A DNA stretch of 64,000 nt from the human T2T-CHM13v2.0 reference genome, Homo sapiens. The translations under genes were made by a program, and so were the position numbers. The stretch lies in the NCBI RefSeq assembly GCF_009914755.1, contig NC_060943.1; one strand, given 5' to 3'. Positions 43,162 to 56,929 of this stretch are shown piece by piece. Below the pieces are notes generated by a model, which worked only from the letters and a program-made list of their open reading frames with translations, did not search any database and was not told the DNA's origin. Within the stretch, counting starts at the first letter, position 1; each line of letters begins with the position of its first letter.

Positions 43162-44000
43162 TGTTAATAAGGAAAAGGGTTGCTGTCCGACGCACACAGA
43201 AGCCAATGCCATGGCACCAGGTTTTTGAGAAAAGCAAACCTTTATTGCAAGTCGACAAACAAGAAGACAGGAGTCCAGCTCAAATCTGTCTCCCCAATAT
43301 GGGGTTTGGGGCAGCTTTTAAGGATTAGGAAGGACAGGTTGGTAAGCACTGGAAGGGTGGATTTTGATTGGAAGGACTTCAAACAAATCTATTGATGGCA
43401 AGGCGGGGATGGGGTTGTTATCACCCAACATTCAGAGACAACAGACCCCTTGCTTTCGGAAGTGTTTCAGCACTTGGGTTCCAGCCATAGCCTGATATTT
43501 TGGTTTCCTGTGGTGACAGGGTGGAGTCTGGTAGGTGAGACTTCAGCTCCGAGTGTTGGGTCAATGTTTTCTTTTCTCTTTTCTTTTTATTTATTTATTT
43601 ATTTACTTATTTATTTATTGAGACAGGGTCTGGCTCCGTTGCCCAGGCTGGAGTGCAGTGGCATAATCATAACTCACTGTAACCGTGATCTCCTGGGCTC
43701 AAGCGATACTCCCACCTCAGCATCCTGAGTAGCTAGGATTACAGGTGCACCACCATACTCGGGTAATTTTTTAGTTTTTGTAGAGACGGGGTCTGGCTAT
43801 GTTGCCCAAGTGGTCCTTCCACCTCAGCCTCCCAATGTGCTTGGATTACAGGTGTGAGCCACCGCGCTGGGCCTGACATTTTCTTTTCTGCACATTCTCT
43901 AGCTGTGTAACTTGCAACTCTTTAGCTCTGTGCCTGCAAAATAACTGGACATTATGTTACCAACAGAGGATGGCCAGATGAGACTGGTCCAGTGGTTAAA
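43162..44000 (-). mobile_element. LTR remnant interrupted by an Alu
   Basis: TGTT...AAGCCAAT...CCTTTATTGCAAGTCGAC...CTCAAATCTGTCTCCCC pattern of a reverse LTR U5/R; family uncertain. Confidence 0.45.
43567..43873 (-). mobile_element. Alu (J-like, internal deletion)
   Basis: Reverse Alu with (TTTA)n tail. Confidence 0.9.
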
Positions 44001-44139
44001 CCTGCACCTTCATGGAGGCCATTATGAGTATCCCTACAGGCCGAGTCTCAGGGTGCCCCCAGAAGCCCATACCAGCCGCTGTAAGGCAGAGCATGGACTT
44101 CCCCTCGGGGACTAAATCCCATTCTTGGGCTCCAGAGGC

Positions 44140-45420
44140 CTTGTTCCTACCACTGTACGCCACCGCTTGGGGTGCCCTGGGAACCCGCCTACCTCCCTAC
44201 TGCCCTGAGGGCGGTTGGAGATGGTCCCAGCAGGTGTGGGAGATGAGGTAGGAGACGTCTTCAACGGGGTCCAAGGCTCATCTGGACCCAGTTCTCAGCC
44301 GAGGGGCGGTGGAGAGGGCGTCAGAAAACGCAGGAACGGCTCCTAGACCCAGGAGGGGACTCAGGGAAGCAGAGGCGCTTTCCTCGGCGGCTCTGGGGCC
44401 TTCCCAGCTCGCCCGGCCCCCCTGGAGGAGACGTCCCCCGGGGTGGAGCTACGGAGAACCCCTTCCCATGGGACGTCTCGGCCCCGCCTCCCGCCTCTGG
44501 GTACAGTCAAAGGGCTCAGGTCAGAGCAGGAGCAGCCGGGGGCGCGGCCCCCACGTGGCCTCCCGGGACACGTGCCCACAGCGCGACACCTAAGTCGCTC
44601 CTTTCACAGAATAGCCTTGGCCCCGGCACGGCCTCGAACGCCTTGACCCCGCAAGGGAGGGGCACGAGGCTCCTTTGCTCCCGCAGGAGCGTCGAATACG
44701 TATGGAATACGCGTCGGTGTGGATCTGGCCTCAGCTTCCTGAGCCTGAATCAATGCTTCTAATCACGTGGGCGCTCAGCCGCGACGGGACCACAGAAATC
44801 GACCAGCGGCCTGTTTAAGGAGCGACAAGGCCCAGCCCTCTCCTGCATTGTGGCGACGCCATTTCCCTGCGCCCCCAGCGCGGCCGCTTGGCTTTTGTTT
44901 GAGGTGACGCTGGGCGGCAGCATCCTTCCCTCAGCCCTGGGGACCAGCGGGGACTACAGAACCCAGAAGGTTTTGTCTCCAGCCGCAGGGATGCTGAGCC
45001 AATCCGCGCTGAGAAAAGGGTCGTTTCCGCTTTGGGACCAATGGGTCGGGGAGGGACTTCCGGTATCACTTCAGTGGCGGTCATTTTTGCAGCGCTTGGG
45101 TGCATCCAGACCGTCAGAGCTTTGGGAGCGCTTTGTTTGGCGACAGTCGGAAGGCGCGAGGGGAGGGGTCCTCCCGCTGAACAGTGGGGGTTCTAAGGGT
45201 CGGCGGCGGCGGGGTTGACGGCTTTGCCTAGGTCCCTCCGCCCGTAGCTGTCGGGTCCCGGCCCCGCTCTGCCCACAGACTCCGATGGCTGCGGCCGCGC
45301 TGAGGGCCCCGACTCAGGTGAGCGCTGCCTCTACTGGGCCTCACCCTCCATCCCCAAATTAGTGCCTTCTTGGGTCACTACGGTCGAGATCCTCATGTCC
45401 AGTACAGTGGGGGCTCGTGG
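44140..45420. promoter_or_regulatory. ZIK1: ZIK1 CpG-island promoter
   Basis: ACTACAGAACCCAGAAGG 44953-44970; CCAAT 44999 and 45038; ACTTCCGG 45056-45063. Confidence 0.85.
45285..45317 (+). CDS. ZIK1: ZIK1 coding exon 1 (MAAAALRAPTQ)
   Basis: ATG 45285, CAG|GTGAG donor. Confidence 0.93.
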
Positions 45421-45879
45421 GTGGGGTCCCTATTTCCAGAACTTGGGTGATGGGGCACGGAAGAGGGTTACAGGCAAAGGGACCAGCGTTTCTAAACTCT
45501 TGGAGACACAGTGAAGAAGGTTCATACCTGGAGTGCCAAGGTGAGGAGTTTTCCCTCAATTCTTAGGATGCTAGGAGCCGTGGAGGGTTGTGTACAGAAG
45601 CGGCATATGGTCTGAGTTAGGTCTTTCGAAGTTTTCCAAAAACCTCATGGAGTTAGACTAGAATAGAATGGAATAACACAGAGGCACAGGGAGGTTGAGT
45701 TCTTGTGCAAGGTCCCACAGTTGCTAAGAGTTGGCACTGAGGACTGGAACGCTGAGGCTCAGAAATAATGCAGGCATCCTCAGTCCACCTGGCTCTGGCC
45801 TGGACAGGAATCCAGGGAAGCCTGAATCCGTAGAGCCCTGTATGGTCACCTGCCTTTCATGATCTTTGGCTTTCCACAG

Positions 45880-45918
45880 GTTACTGTGTCTCCAGAAACA
45901 CATATGGACCTCACAAAG
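45880..45918 (+). CDS. ZIK1: ZIK1 coding exon 2 (39 nt, VTVSPETHMDLTK)
   Basis: TTTCCACAG acceptor, AAG|GTGAG donor. Confidence 0.9.
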
Positions 45919-46573
45919 GTGAGTGGAGGGTGTCCCAGGCCCTCACTGGTCCTGGCCCCATCCTGGGGTTTTTTCATGGATCTTTTTGCCACCATCCAGT
46001 TCTTTGACCTAAGGACTCTTCACAAACTGGAAGCTTGACATCCTGATTCTAGACTGGTGGTTATTTGTAGACGTTCTTATTGCTGGCAGACAATGGAATG
46101 AGGTGTGAAAGGTTGCCCCGCCTACGTACAATAATGTGTAAGGTTGGCAGTGAAGCTGAGCTGATTCAGGGAAACACAACTCTCCTTTCTTTCTCATGGG
46201 AACTCAGAGCAGCAGGGCAGGACTCAGGCCTGGAATGGCTCTGAGAAATTGGGTGTTTTTTCTGGAGGTGATGAGAACAATGGGAGGTTTAGAGAAGAGA
46301 ACGGAGGTTATCTGACACTGGTCTCATCAGGTTCACTGTTAATGCAGCATAGAGAATACTCTGTGGGTGTGATGGAGGCGATAGAAAGACCAGGGAGGAG
46401 GCTACTGCAGTGGCCAAGGTGAGTTTTGATAGTGGCTTCACCAGTGTGGTGGCTGTGAAGGTAGAAGAAGTGGCTGGATTCTGGGTCAGAATTTTAATTA
46501 GGCCTGCTTGCATTTTCAGATTTTGAGGGTAAGAGATACTGGTCAAGCATTACTCCAGGCATTTTGAATTTAG

Positions 46574-46974
<401 letters not shown>

Positions 46975-47196
46975 TAAGGATAACAGGAGTTTTGTCTTTA
47001 GCTATTATCATAGTCTGAGATATTCCAAAGAATGATATATGGAGACATCAGGTGAGTAGCTGTCCATGTACATCTAGAATTCTGGAAGTGGTTTAAGATG
47101 GAGAAATCCAAAAGGTGGTGGCCAGTGTTTGGCCCAGAGTAGCTATGGGTCACAATTAGGAGTGGGTAATCCTGGTCTTGAAGATAATGCTATTTA

Positions 47197-47542
<346 letters not shown>

Positions 47543-47636
47543 TCATGCTTGGACACGTGGTAGAGGTGGTGAGCATCACAAACAGTTGTGAGAGAAAAGT
47601 GGTCATGGGAAGATTGTAGGAAAGAGGATGATCTGG

Positions 47637-48184
47637 TGTATCAGTCCATTTTCACACTGCTGATAAAGACAGCAAGTCTCTAGGAAGTTCCAGACTTTCC
47701 CATATTTTCCTGTCTTCTTCTGAGCCCTCCAAACTGTTCCAACCTCTGCCTGTTCCCCAATTCCAAAATTGCTTCCACATTTTCAGTTATCTTTACAGCA
47801 CAGCCCCACTTTACTCATACTGATTTACTGTATTAGTCCATTTTCATGCTGCTGATAAAGATGTGCTGGAGACTAGATAATTTGTAAGGAAAAAGAGGTT
47901 TAATGGACTCATGATTCCGCGTGGCTGGGGAGGCCTCACAATCATGGTGGAGGGTGAAAGGCATGTCTTGCATGGCAGCAGACAAGAGAGAACTTGTTCA
48001 GGGGAACTCCCCCCTTATAAAACCATCAAATCTTGTGAGACTTATTTACTATCATGAGAACAGCATGGGAAAGGCCTGCCCCTATGGTTCGATTACCTCT
48101 CACCAGGTCCCTCCCATGACATGGGAATTGTGGGAACTACAATTCAAGAAGAGATTTGGGTGGGGACGCAGCCAAATCATATCA
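47637..48184 (-). mobile_element. Internally deleted THE1 MaLR (5' LTR 47829-48184, start of internal region, last ~35 bp of 3' LTR)
   Basis: TGTAT.AGTCCATTTTCA repeated at 47637 and 47829; TSD TCTGG / TCTGA. Confidence 0.85.
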
Positions 48185-48274
48185 TCTGATAAGTGGTCAA
48201 GGCTTCCAAGGCATTAGGGACATAAGACAGACATGGAGATAAAGAAATAATTGGTAGAAGATGACACTGAGGCC

Positions 48275-48635
48275 AGGTACAGTGGACTGTGTCCCCGCAA
48301 AATTCATATGCTTAAAGCCTAATTCCAGTGTGATGGTATTTGGAGGTTGGGCCTTTGGGAGATAATTAGGTCATGAGGGTGGAGCCCTAATGAATGGGAT
48401 TAGTGAGTGCTCTTAAACAAAGAGGCCAGAGAGCTACTATCTAGTGCTCTTTCCAACAAGTGAGGATACAAGAAGTCAGCAGTCTGCAACCTGGAAAGAG
48501 TCCCTACCAGAACCTGACCATGCTGGCACTCTGATCTCAGGCTTCCTGCCTGCAGATCTGTGAGAAATAAATTTCTGTTGTTGATAAGCCACCCAGTTTG
48601 TGGTATTATGCTAGCAGGCCAAACTGACTAAAACA
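48275..48635 (+). mobile_element. MaLR LTR (MLT1A-like)
   Basis: TGTGTCCCC..AAATTCATATG...GAGGGTGGAGCCC...GAGAAATAAATTTCTGTTG. Confidence 0.8.
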
Positions 48636-49464
48636 CTAGGACTAGTGCTTATTCACCATGGTAAAAACTCGCCAGGAATTTGTTGTGACCCTTGGTGAGT
48701 CTGGGGAGGGTGTGAGTCAAGCAGTTGAATAAGTTTAGGAGTACAAGTGTTCATCTGTATGAGTCATTAGGTTGGAGGTAGAGAGCCACTGAGAGTCTGT
48801 GCCACTGAGGCCACTGATTTTGAATGAGGGTTAAGAGGTGAGAAGAAGGTTGTTGATTGAAGAGGGGACATCAAGTGCAGCACAAGTGGAGGACGGCCAT
48901 CGGTGTCTGACATCAGGTGATTCTTGGTGGCTGAGGTTGAAGCAAGGAACAGAGTCAGGAAGATAGCCCTTCAGAGCAGGGTGGGGGCTGTCTATGACAG
49001 TAGGAACCATCAGAGGTCTGTGTAGCACTGGATGATGTCTCAATTTGGCAGGCAGAGGGGTGGAGGTAGCCGTGGGAGTGAGACTGAGCGAGTATGGTTC
49101 AAAGAATGATGTGTACATGGAGAGGGAGTGTGAACTGAAGGACCCAGGCCCCTGGCATTGAGGACTTAAGGGTCAAAGGTGAAGCCACATTTGATTGTGT
49201 CTAGGAGGCACTATCTGAAAGACCCTTGGGGAACTGCCTGACAAGAAGGGATACACTCCTACATACCGGGCCCAAAGTTTAGATGTGGTGCATCCTGCCC
49301 ACCTCCTGGTTGGTGCTGTAGAAGGATACAGTGATCATTGGGACCATGAAAAGAGAGTGGGCATCTGTGTCACCAGGGCCTGTATTTCCTTAAGGTGGGG
49401 ATGATTGCGTGGGTGGATGAACTTGTGGAGGCGTTGATTGTGGAGTGACCTGTCCCCATCATGA

Positions 49465-49704
<240 letters not shown>

Positions 49705-49711
49705 TAGCCCT

Positions 49712-49788
49712 AACACCTGCTGCCCAGTGGTCTGGGAACACCTGCTGCCCAGTGGTCTGGGAACACCTGCCACTGGGCAGCAGGTGTT
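49712..49788. repeat. 25-bp tandem repeat (x2.3) plus a perfect 19-bp inverted copy
   Basis: AACACCTGCTGCCCAGTGGTCTGGG x2, AACACCTG, then CCACTGGGCAGCAGGTGTT. Confidence 0.95.
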
Positions 49789-50106
49789 CTTCAGTCAGCC
49801 AAATGGATCTCTGTTCCTTGCTCTCTTCTTGGCTGGGTGTCTGTGTTCAGATCCATGACACCTTGTGTCCCAAGTTCCCTGCACCCCCATCTGCTAGCTG
49901 ACATTTTCTTGTGGCTACCTGTGTCATGATTGTAGTCATTGTCATTGTCTATACTTATGGGGACAATGGGCTCTTCTTACTCACTCCTTCTAGTTTGTTT
50001 GTTTGTTTGTTTGTTTAATGATATTAACTTTCTTGCCCATGGGCTGTTGTGTGCTGAGTCGTTCTGCATCAGTGCTGATCACTCACATGTTCTGTCTTTC
50101 TGGTAG

Positions 50107-50210
50107 GACTTGGCTTCATGAAGGTCCCACATAGCTAGACAACTGAGGGTGTGCAGAGAAACCTGGTTGCTTTATAGGGTGAACATGGTCTCAGAGAAGG
50201 CCTGGGCTTG
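50107..50210 (+). pseudogene. ZIK1: Dead KRAB-B-like exon in ZIK1 intron 3
   Basis: Homologous to ZNF416 36118-36228; frameshift gives TAG at 50136; donor reads TTGAGT. Confidence 0.75.
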
Positions 50211-50939
50211 TTGAGTGGCAACTGGTTGGGGGCATGATATCCGGGCTGTTTTCCGATCACATAAGGAGCCTGTCCTGTCTTCACCACTGTTTGGGTGCAC
50301 ATGCCACTGGCCAAATCTCATTTCTATATTTTCTTCTCAGTACTTGACACTTCTCTCTCTTATTATTTTTATCTATGACTTCTAGCACCTGGCTACCTCC
50401 ACCTTTCTGATCTTCATGCATCATCTGCTTCTCTGCACTGCTCCCTCTGCAATGTTTTCCAACATTGACACACACATAATGTCTCATGAAGTATGTATAT
50501 ATGACCACATGAAGATATGTGATCATATCACTTGCTACTCAGTTTCAATTGTATTTTCCTGGGCTTGGGCACAGTCAACCTTCTGCACAGCATGCAGGTG
50601 TCACCAGCAGACAAGGTCCTCCTGAAGACTATGTGGTGAGTTTTAGGAATTGGAAGGCTACTCAAGGATAATTTTTGAGGCTGTTGGTAGAGGAATGGTT
50701 TGAAGGCAATGCCATTCCCTGTCCTTCATCCCATCCTTGTGTCCTTTATTTGGTGAGGCCTCCCTCATTCTGTGATCTTTAGAGATCCAGTATTGCAAAG
50801 CAACCCCTTCCTCAACTTGCCCCCAGCTCCATTATCCTCAAAACAAACCTGGTGAATCATTCGTTTGGTATGTGTGTAATGGGGCTTCTTGCTCTCAGCA
50901 TAGTCAATGTATATTTCATCAGCGGTTCTCTGCTTTCAG

Positions 50940-52204
50940 GTTGTGGCCATGGAACAGAGGATGAAGAGACACCTTCTGACCAGAATGTTTCTGTAGGAGT
51001 GTCACAGTCAAAGGCAGGTTCATCCACACAGAAGACTCAATCCTGTGAGATGTGTGTCCCAGTCCTGAAAGATATTTTGCATCTAGCTGATCTCCCTGGG
51101 CAGAAACCATACTTGGTTGGAGAATGTACAAACCATCACCAGCACCAGAAGCATCACAGTGCAAAGAAATCCTTGAAGAGGGACATGGACAGAGCCTCAT
51201 ATGTGAAGTGCTGCCTATTCTGTATGTCATTGAAGCCCTTTCGCAAATGGGAGGTTGGAAAGGACCTTCCAGCCATGTTGCGGCTTCTGAGGTCCCTGGT
51301 CTTTCCTGGAGGCAAGAAACCCGGCACAATTACTGAATGTGGGGAGGACATTCGCAGTCAAAAAAGTCATTACAAGTCAGGTGAATGTGGGAAGGCTTCC
51401 AGGCACAAACACACTCCTGTTTACCATCCAAGAGTCTACACTGGAAAAAAGCTTTATGAGTGTAGCAAATGTGGGAAAGCCTTCCGTGGCAAGTACTCAC
51501 TTGTTCAGCACCAGAGAGTCCATACTGGAGAAAGGCCTTGGGAGTGCAATGAATGTGGAAAATTCTTTAGCCAAACCTCCCACCTGAATGATCATCGGAG
51601 AATCCACACCGGAGAAAGGCCTTATGAGTGCAGCGAATGTGGAAAATTATTTAGACAAAACTCCAGCCTTGTTGACCACCAGAAAATACACACTGGAGCA
51701 AGGCCTTATGAGTGTAGCCAGTGTGGGAAATCCTTTAGCCAAAAAGCCACCCTTGTTAAACACCAAAGAGTTCACACTGGAGAAAGGCCTTATAAGTGTG
51801 GTGAATGTGGGAATTCCTTTAGTCAAAGTGCCATTCTTAATCAACACCGAAGAATTCACACTGGAGCAAAGCCTTATGAGTGTGGCCAGTGTGGGAAATC
51901 CTTTAGTCAAAAAGCTACCCTCATTAAACACCAGAGAGTTCACACTGGAGAAAGGCCTTATAAGTGTGGTGACTGTGGGAAATCCTTTAGTCAAAGCTCC
52001 ATCCTTATTCAACACCGGAGAATTCATACTGGAGCAAGGCCTTATGAGTGTGGCCAGTGTGGAAAGTCCTTTAGCCAAAAGTCTGGTCTCATTCAACACC
52101 AAGTGGTTCACACTGGAGAAAGGCCTTATGAGTGCAACAAATGTGGGAATTCCTTTAGCCAATGCTCCAGCCTCATACATCACCAAAAATGTCATAACAC
52201 ATAG
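50940..52204 (+). CDS. ZIK1: ZIK1 coding exon 4: spacer plus 9 C2H2 fingers
   Basis: GCTTTCAG acceptor, G|GT TGT GGC ([10 protein letters not shown]); four exons sum to 1464 nt = 487 aa. Confidence 0.96.
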
Positions 52205-52734
52205 AGGCCTCATGAATGCAGCAAATGTGGAAGCGCCTTCAACTCAAGATCTATCATCATTTAGCTCCTGAAAGTCCACACTTAAGTAGAGCCTTAGACC
52301 TACAGGGAAAGTGCTGTCTCTGTAGTATTGTAGCAGTAGAGAGCCTTTGTGAGGGAGCCATCTGCCTGAAGTTGAACCTCATTCTTCCTTGTTTCTCTGG
52401 TAGAAACCATCTACCCTCTACCACCTTGCACAGTGGGCACTGGTCACTCCTATGTGCTAAGACAAGGCAGACATCTGTGTGTTCTCTTAAGTCTTTGGAG
52501 GAAATCTTGAGCAGTCTAAGCCTTTAGAGAAAATTCATTCTTTTTTCTGACTGATCACAGCATACGTGTGACCCAGTTTGGGTCAGGAGGGCCCAGCCTT
52601 GGTTCTGCTGGACACTTATGTGCAAGGATTCCCTTCATGTAAATTCTTGGTCTCACATGACACTTGGTCATTCTTCCAGCCTCCATGTCACCACGTGGTG
52701 AATGGCTGCCTCACATTGCTCCAGTTTGTGCACT

Positions 52735-52740
52735 AATAAA
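52735..52740 (+). terminator. ZIK1: Poly(A) signal AATAAA, proximal candidate for ZIK1
   Basis: Conserved position relative to the ZNF416 3' UTR. Confidence 0.55.
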
Positions 52741-53976
52741 AGCCTTATATTTGAATCTACCTGTAGTCTTGGGGTTCTGTTTACTGTGTGGGGTGGCTGG
52801 GAGACAGACTTCAACTCTATATGAAGGAATGGATGGCTTTTGTGGGCCTCTGCAGGAAAGTAAGATGACAGAGTAATTCTAATTCTGGTTTTGGTCATAC
52901 TTGCTTTGCTACCTAAAATCTCCTAGGAAAAAATGCAAGGTTTTGGTTATTCTAATTTGTGGCCTGGATCCCTATTCTTTCTGTGAGACTAGAGGTCATC
53001 CTGAGGAGAGGCCAGCTGTTATGACAAGCATGTGTGCTTCAGGGAATAGGACAATTTTATTCCATTGTTTCCAGAGGATGTCATATGATGCCCAGTGCTG
53101 CTGAGAAGCTTTTCATGGGGTTCTATAAGGAGGCATGCCCTGATATCAAACATTCCATAGGCCGATGTCACGCAGAAGACAACGCGAGTCACATGTGAAC
53201 TGTAATTGGTACAGAAATACCTGGGTATTTCTGTACTGTGTGTACTGTAGCAAACTAGTTGGAATGTGCCTCTTATAAAAGTACATTTACAAATCTTCCC
53301 GTGACTGTGGCTTTGAGCAGTCATAGGACCTAGAAATCTGTGTATGTCCAATAGCTGAGGTTATTTTCAGCAAAAATAATTAAAGGGTTTTATTTTTTAA
53401 TTCTTGTTGGTTTTCTAGGTTGTTCACCTCAAGTGCATTGCTGTAGAGGCAGAAAAAGGAGGATAAAGATAACAGAAGTCCTATAGGCCAGGGATGTATT
53501 GATAGCTCTTGTGATTTCCACCAGTGTTGCTGTTGTCTCAAATTGCCACAGCCTTCATTGCTTGCCAACATTTCCTGCATGGAGGGACTCATGGTTGCCC
53601 TTCCCCAGGCCTGAAGAGAGAGTGCAGTCAACATGAGATTGCTAGGCATTCTGGTTTCTGAAAGTTGGGTGATCAGATACTTTATTGTGAAACATGTTTT
53701 ACAAACTTTCTTGATGTGTAAGTGACATGCCATAGTTTACATCCATTTATGGTGTATAATTTGAAGAGTTTGTCATACAAGCCTGTGAAACCATAATCAT
53801 GATCATGAACATATTCATGATTCACCTCTTGCTGTTTTACAATCTCTGCGTGTACTTTCCAGGCCTTCAGGAGTCCTGTCATTTACTTTCCCTACAGGAG
53901 AATAGTTTGTGTTTTCTAGGATTTTATGTGAATTGAAACGTAAAATACTTACTCCATTTTTCCTGATGATGCACAA

Positions 53977-54266
53977 TTTTTTTTTTTTTTTTGAGATGGA
54001 GTCTCAGTCTGTCACCAGGCTGGAGTGCAGTGGCATGATCTTGGCTCACTCCAACCTCCTCCTGGGTTCCAGCGATTCTCCTGCCTCAGCCTCCTGAGAA
54101 GCTAGGACTACAGGCATGCACTACCACGCCCAACTAATTTTTGTATTTTTAGTAGAGATGTGGTTTTACCATGTTTGCCAGGATGGTCTTGATCTCTTGA
54201 CCTCGTGATCCGCCCGCCTCAGCCTCCCGAAGTGCTGGGATTACAGGCGTAAGCCACCACACCAGC
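53977..54266 (-). mobile_element. Alu
   Basis: Reverse Alu; TSD TGATGCACAATT. Confidence 0.93.
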
Positions 54267-54299
54267 TGATGCACAATTACTTTTAAGATTTATCAATAT

Positions 54300-54790
54300 T
54301 GCTTATGTGAATAGTTCATTTGTATTGCTGAGAAATAGTCTGTGGATATGTCACAATTTGGATAAACAGTTGGATGCTTTCCAGTTTTGGGCTGTTGCAA
54401 ATAATGCTACTATGAACATAGGCATATAACTCTTAATATGCAGAAATGCTTTATTTCTCCTGTGTCAGTAGTACAGTGTACGTGAATGCGTCACTTTTAA
54501 AGACAAGGCCAGACTATAACCTAACTGTACCATTTGCATTCTCATCAACAGTATGTGAACCTTCTTATTTCTCTACATTCTTGCCATACTTGGTATGGTT
54601 AGTCTTTTTAATTTTAGTTGTTTTAATAGCTGTATAATAGCATCTGTCTGTGATTTTATTGCATTTTTCTGGTATTTTATGGTATTGAACATTTGAACAT
54701 CTTGTATCTAGTTGCCACCTGTATATCCTCTTTGGAAGAATGTTTATTAATGTCTTTTGCTTATTTTTAAATGGATGTTGGTGATACTTT
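54300..54790 (-). mobile_element. Old L1M fragment
   Basis: TTCCAGTTTTGGGCT...AATAATGCTACTATGAACAT...GTACCATTTGCATTCTCATCAACAG. Confidence 0.65.
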
Positions 54791-55205
54791 TTCATTAATA
54801 AATAGACGTATAACAAAGACTTATGTTGAAACTTTACTCATTCTTCAGTAATGTGATGCACTTATTTGCTAAATGATAAAATTGTTTTCAAATACTGGGA
54901 AAATAATTTCTCAGTTTTTTGGTCTATTCACAGTGTAACAACTACAGACACTATATACCTGAAACACTACCTTCATTGACAAATTCTCCATCACTTTCTT
55001 AGGTCTAACCATTCAATGAAACAAATAAGCCCTGGTTTTTAATATTTGCCAATTTCCCTGGTAAAATACTCCCACCATGGCCAATTACAAGGTGTCAAAA
55101 TAATGTCACTGAACATGAATTGAGAAGAAGTGGGTAGCGTCACACCACTGTATTCTACTTTCACCATGCCAATACAGTAGCCGCAGATAACCTGAAGATC
55201 ATGTA

Positions 55206-55928
<723 letters not shown>

Positions 55929-56929
55929 ATGTATATATAAGAGTAAAACAGTAAAATGATTAAGAATTGACTTTTGAGTATTTATTACTTGTGTTTTTAA
56001 AAGTGGCTTAAGTGAAATCTAGTTGTCTTAAATTCTGCATATTTAAAGTATACAATTTCTATTTTAATATATACTCGAAACCATAAGTTTCCACCTGCCC
56101 TTTTTAGTCCATCCCTCTTAACAAGTAATGGGTACAAAAACTTATTTTTCCTCTTCTAATGGATATTTTCAAGTATATACACAAATGGAAAGGACTGTGT
56201 TCAGATGCACTATGAAACCTTTCTAAATCTTCCATTATTACTTATCATTTAGTAGCCATTCTTGTTTCAACTCTTTTCACACATAATTATTTTACTTACA
56301 ATTCCCACATCTTGTCATTCAATGCTGCACCTCTTCAGAATGCATTTTCAAGCATAAGAGCTCTTTCATAATTCCTATAACTTTATCAATCATTATTTAA
56401 GGCATCATAAAATATATCATCAGTGCTCAGTCACCTCGAATTGTCTCCAAAATTGATTTTTAAGACAAATTCATTGCAATCAGATCCAAAATGAATCTAT
56501 ATGGCTATTAGTAGTTTCATCTGGTGAGTCTATAATAATACACAGCTACCACTTTTTATTATTATTCTTGAAGTTGATGAGACATTTGTCCAGAATTTGC
56601 CACATTCTGGAATGGTGCGTGTTTTTGTTTTGTGTCTCTCTGATGTCATTTAACATGCTGACCCTTTCTCCATATTCCTGTGCACTAGATATTAAGGAAA
56701 TGGGTAACTGAACTCTGGTCCTGCAGATAGGTGTGCAATAGTAACACACTTATGCAGTGTGACTGTGTTGTGTGTATGTGTATGTCTATTCAAAAGGTGA
56801 CATTCACAGACATCTGGAGGCTTAGAGATTATTGAAAAAGTAAAAAAGGAAGAAGCACTTTGTTTTTGCTTCCTCTAAGATACCTGAGAAGGTTTCTCAA
56901 CTGATTTGAAATGTGAAACAATGCCAAAA

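Noticed and set aside
49712-49788. Short repeats superficially like a CRISPR array
   Set aside because: Eukaryotic intron, adjacent repeats with no spacers, no cas genes
51588-52271. 227-aa alternative-frame ORF and 188-aa antisense ORF over the ZIK1 fingers (similar ones over ZNF416 and ZNF550)
   Set aside because: Repetitive TLEKGLMSV / IRPFSSVN peptides are the expected shadow frames of C2H2 arrays; no independent support
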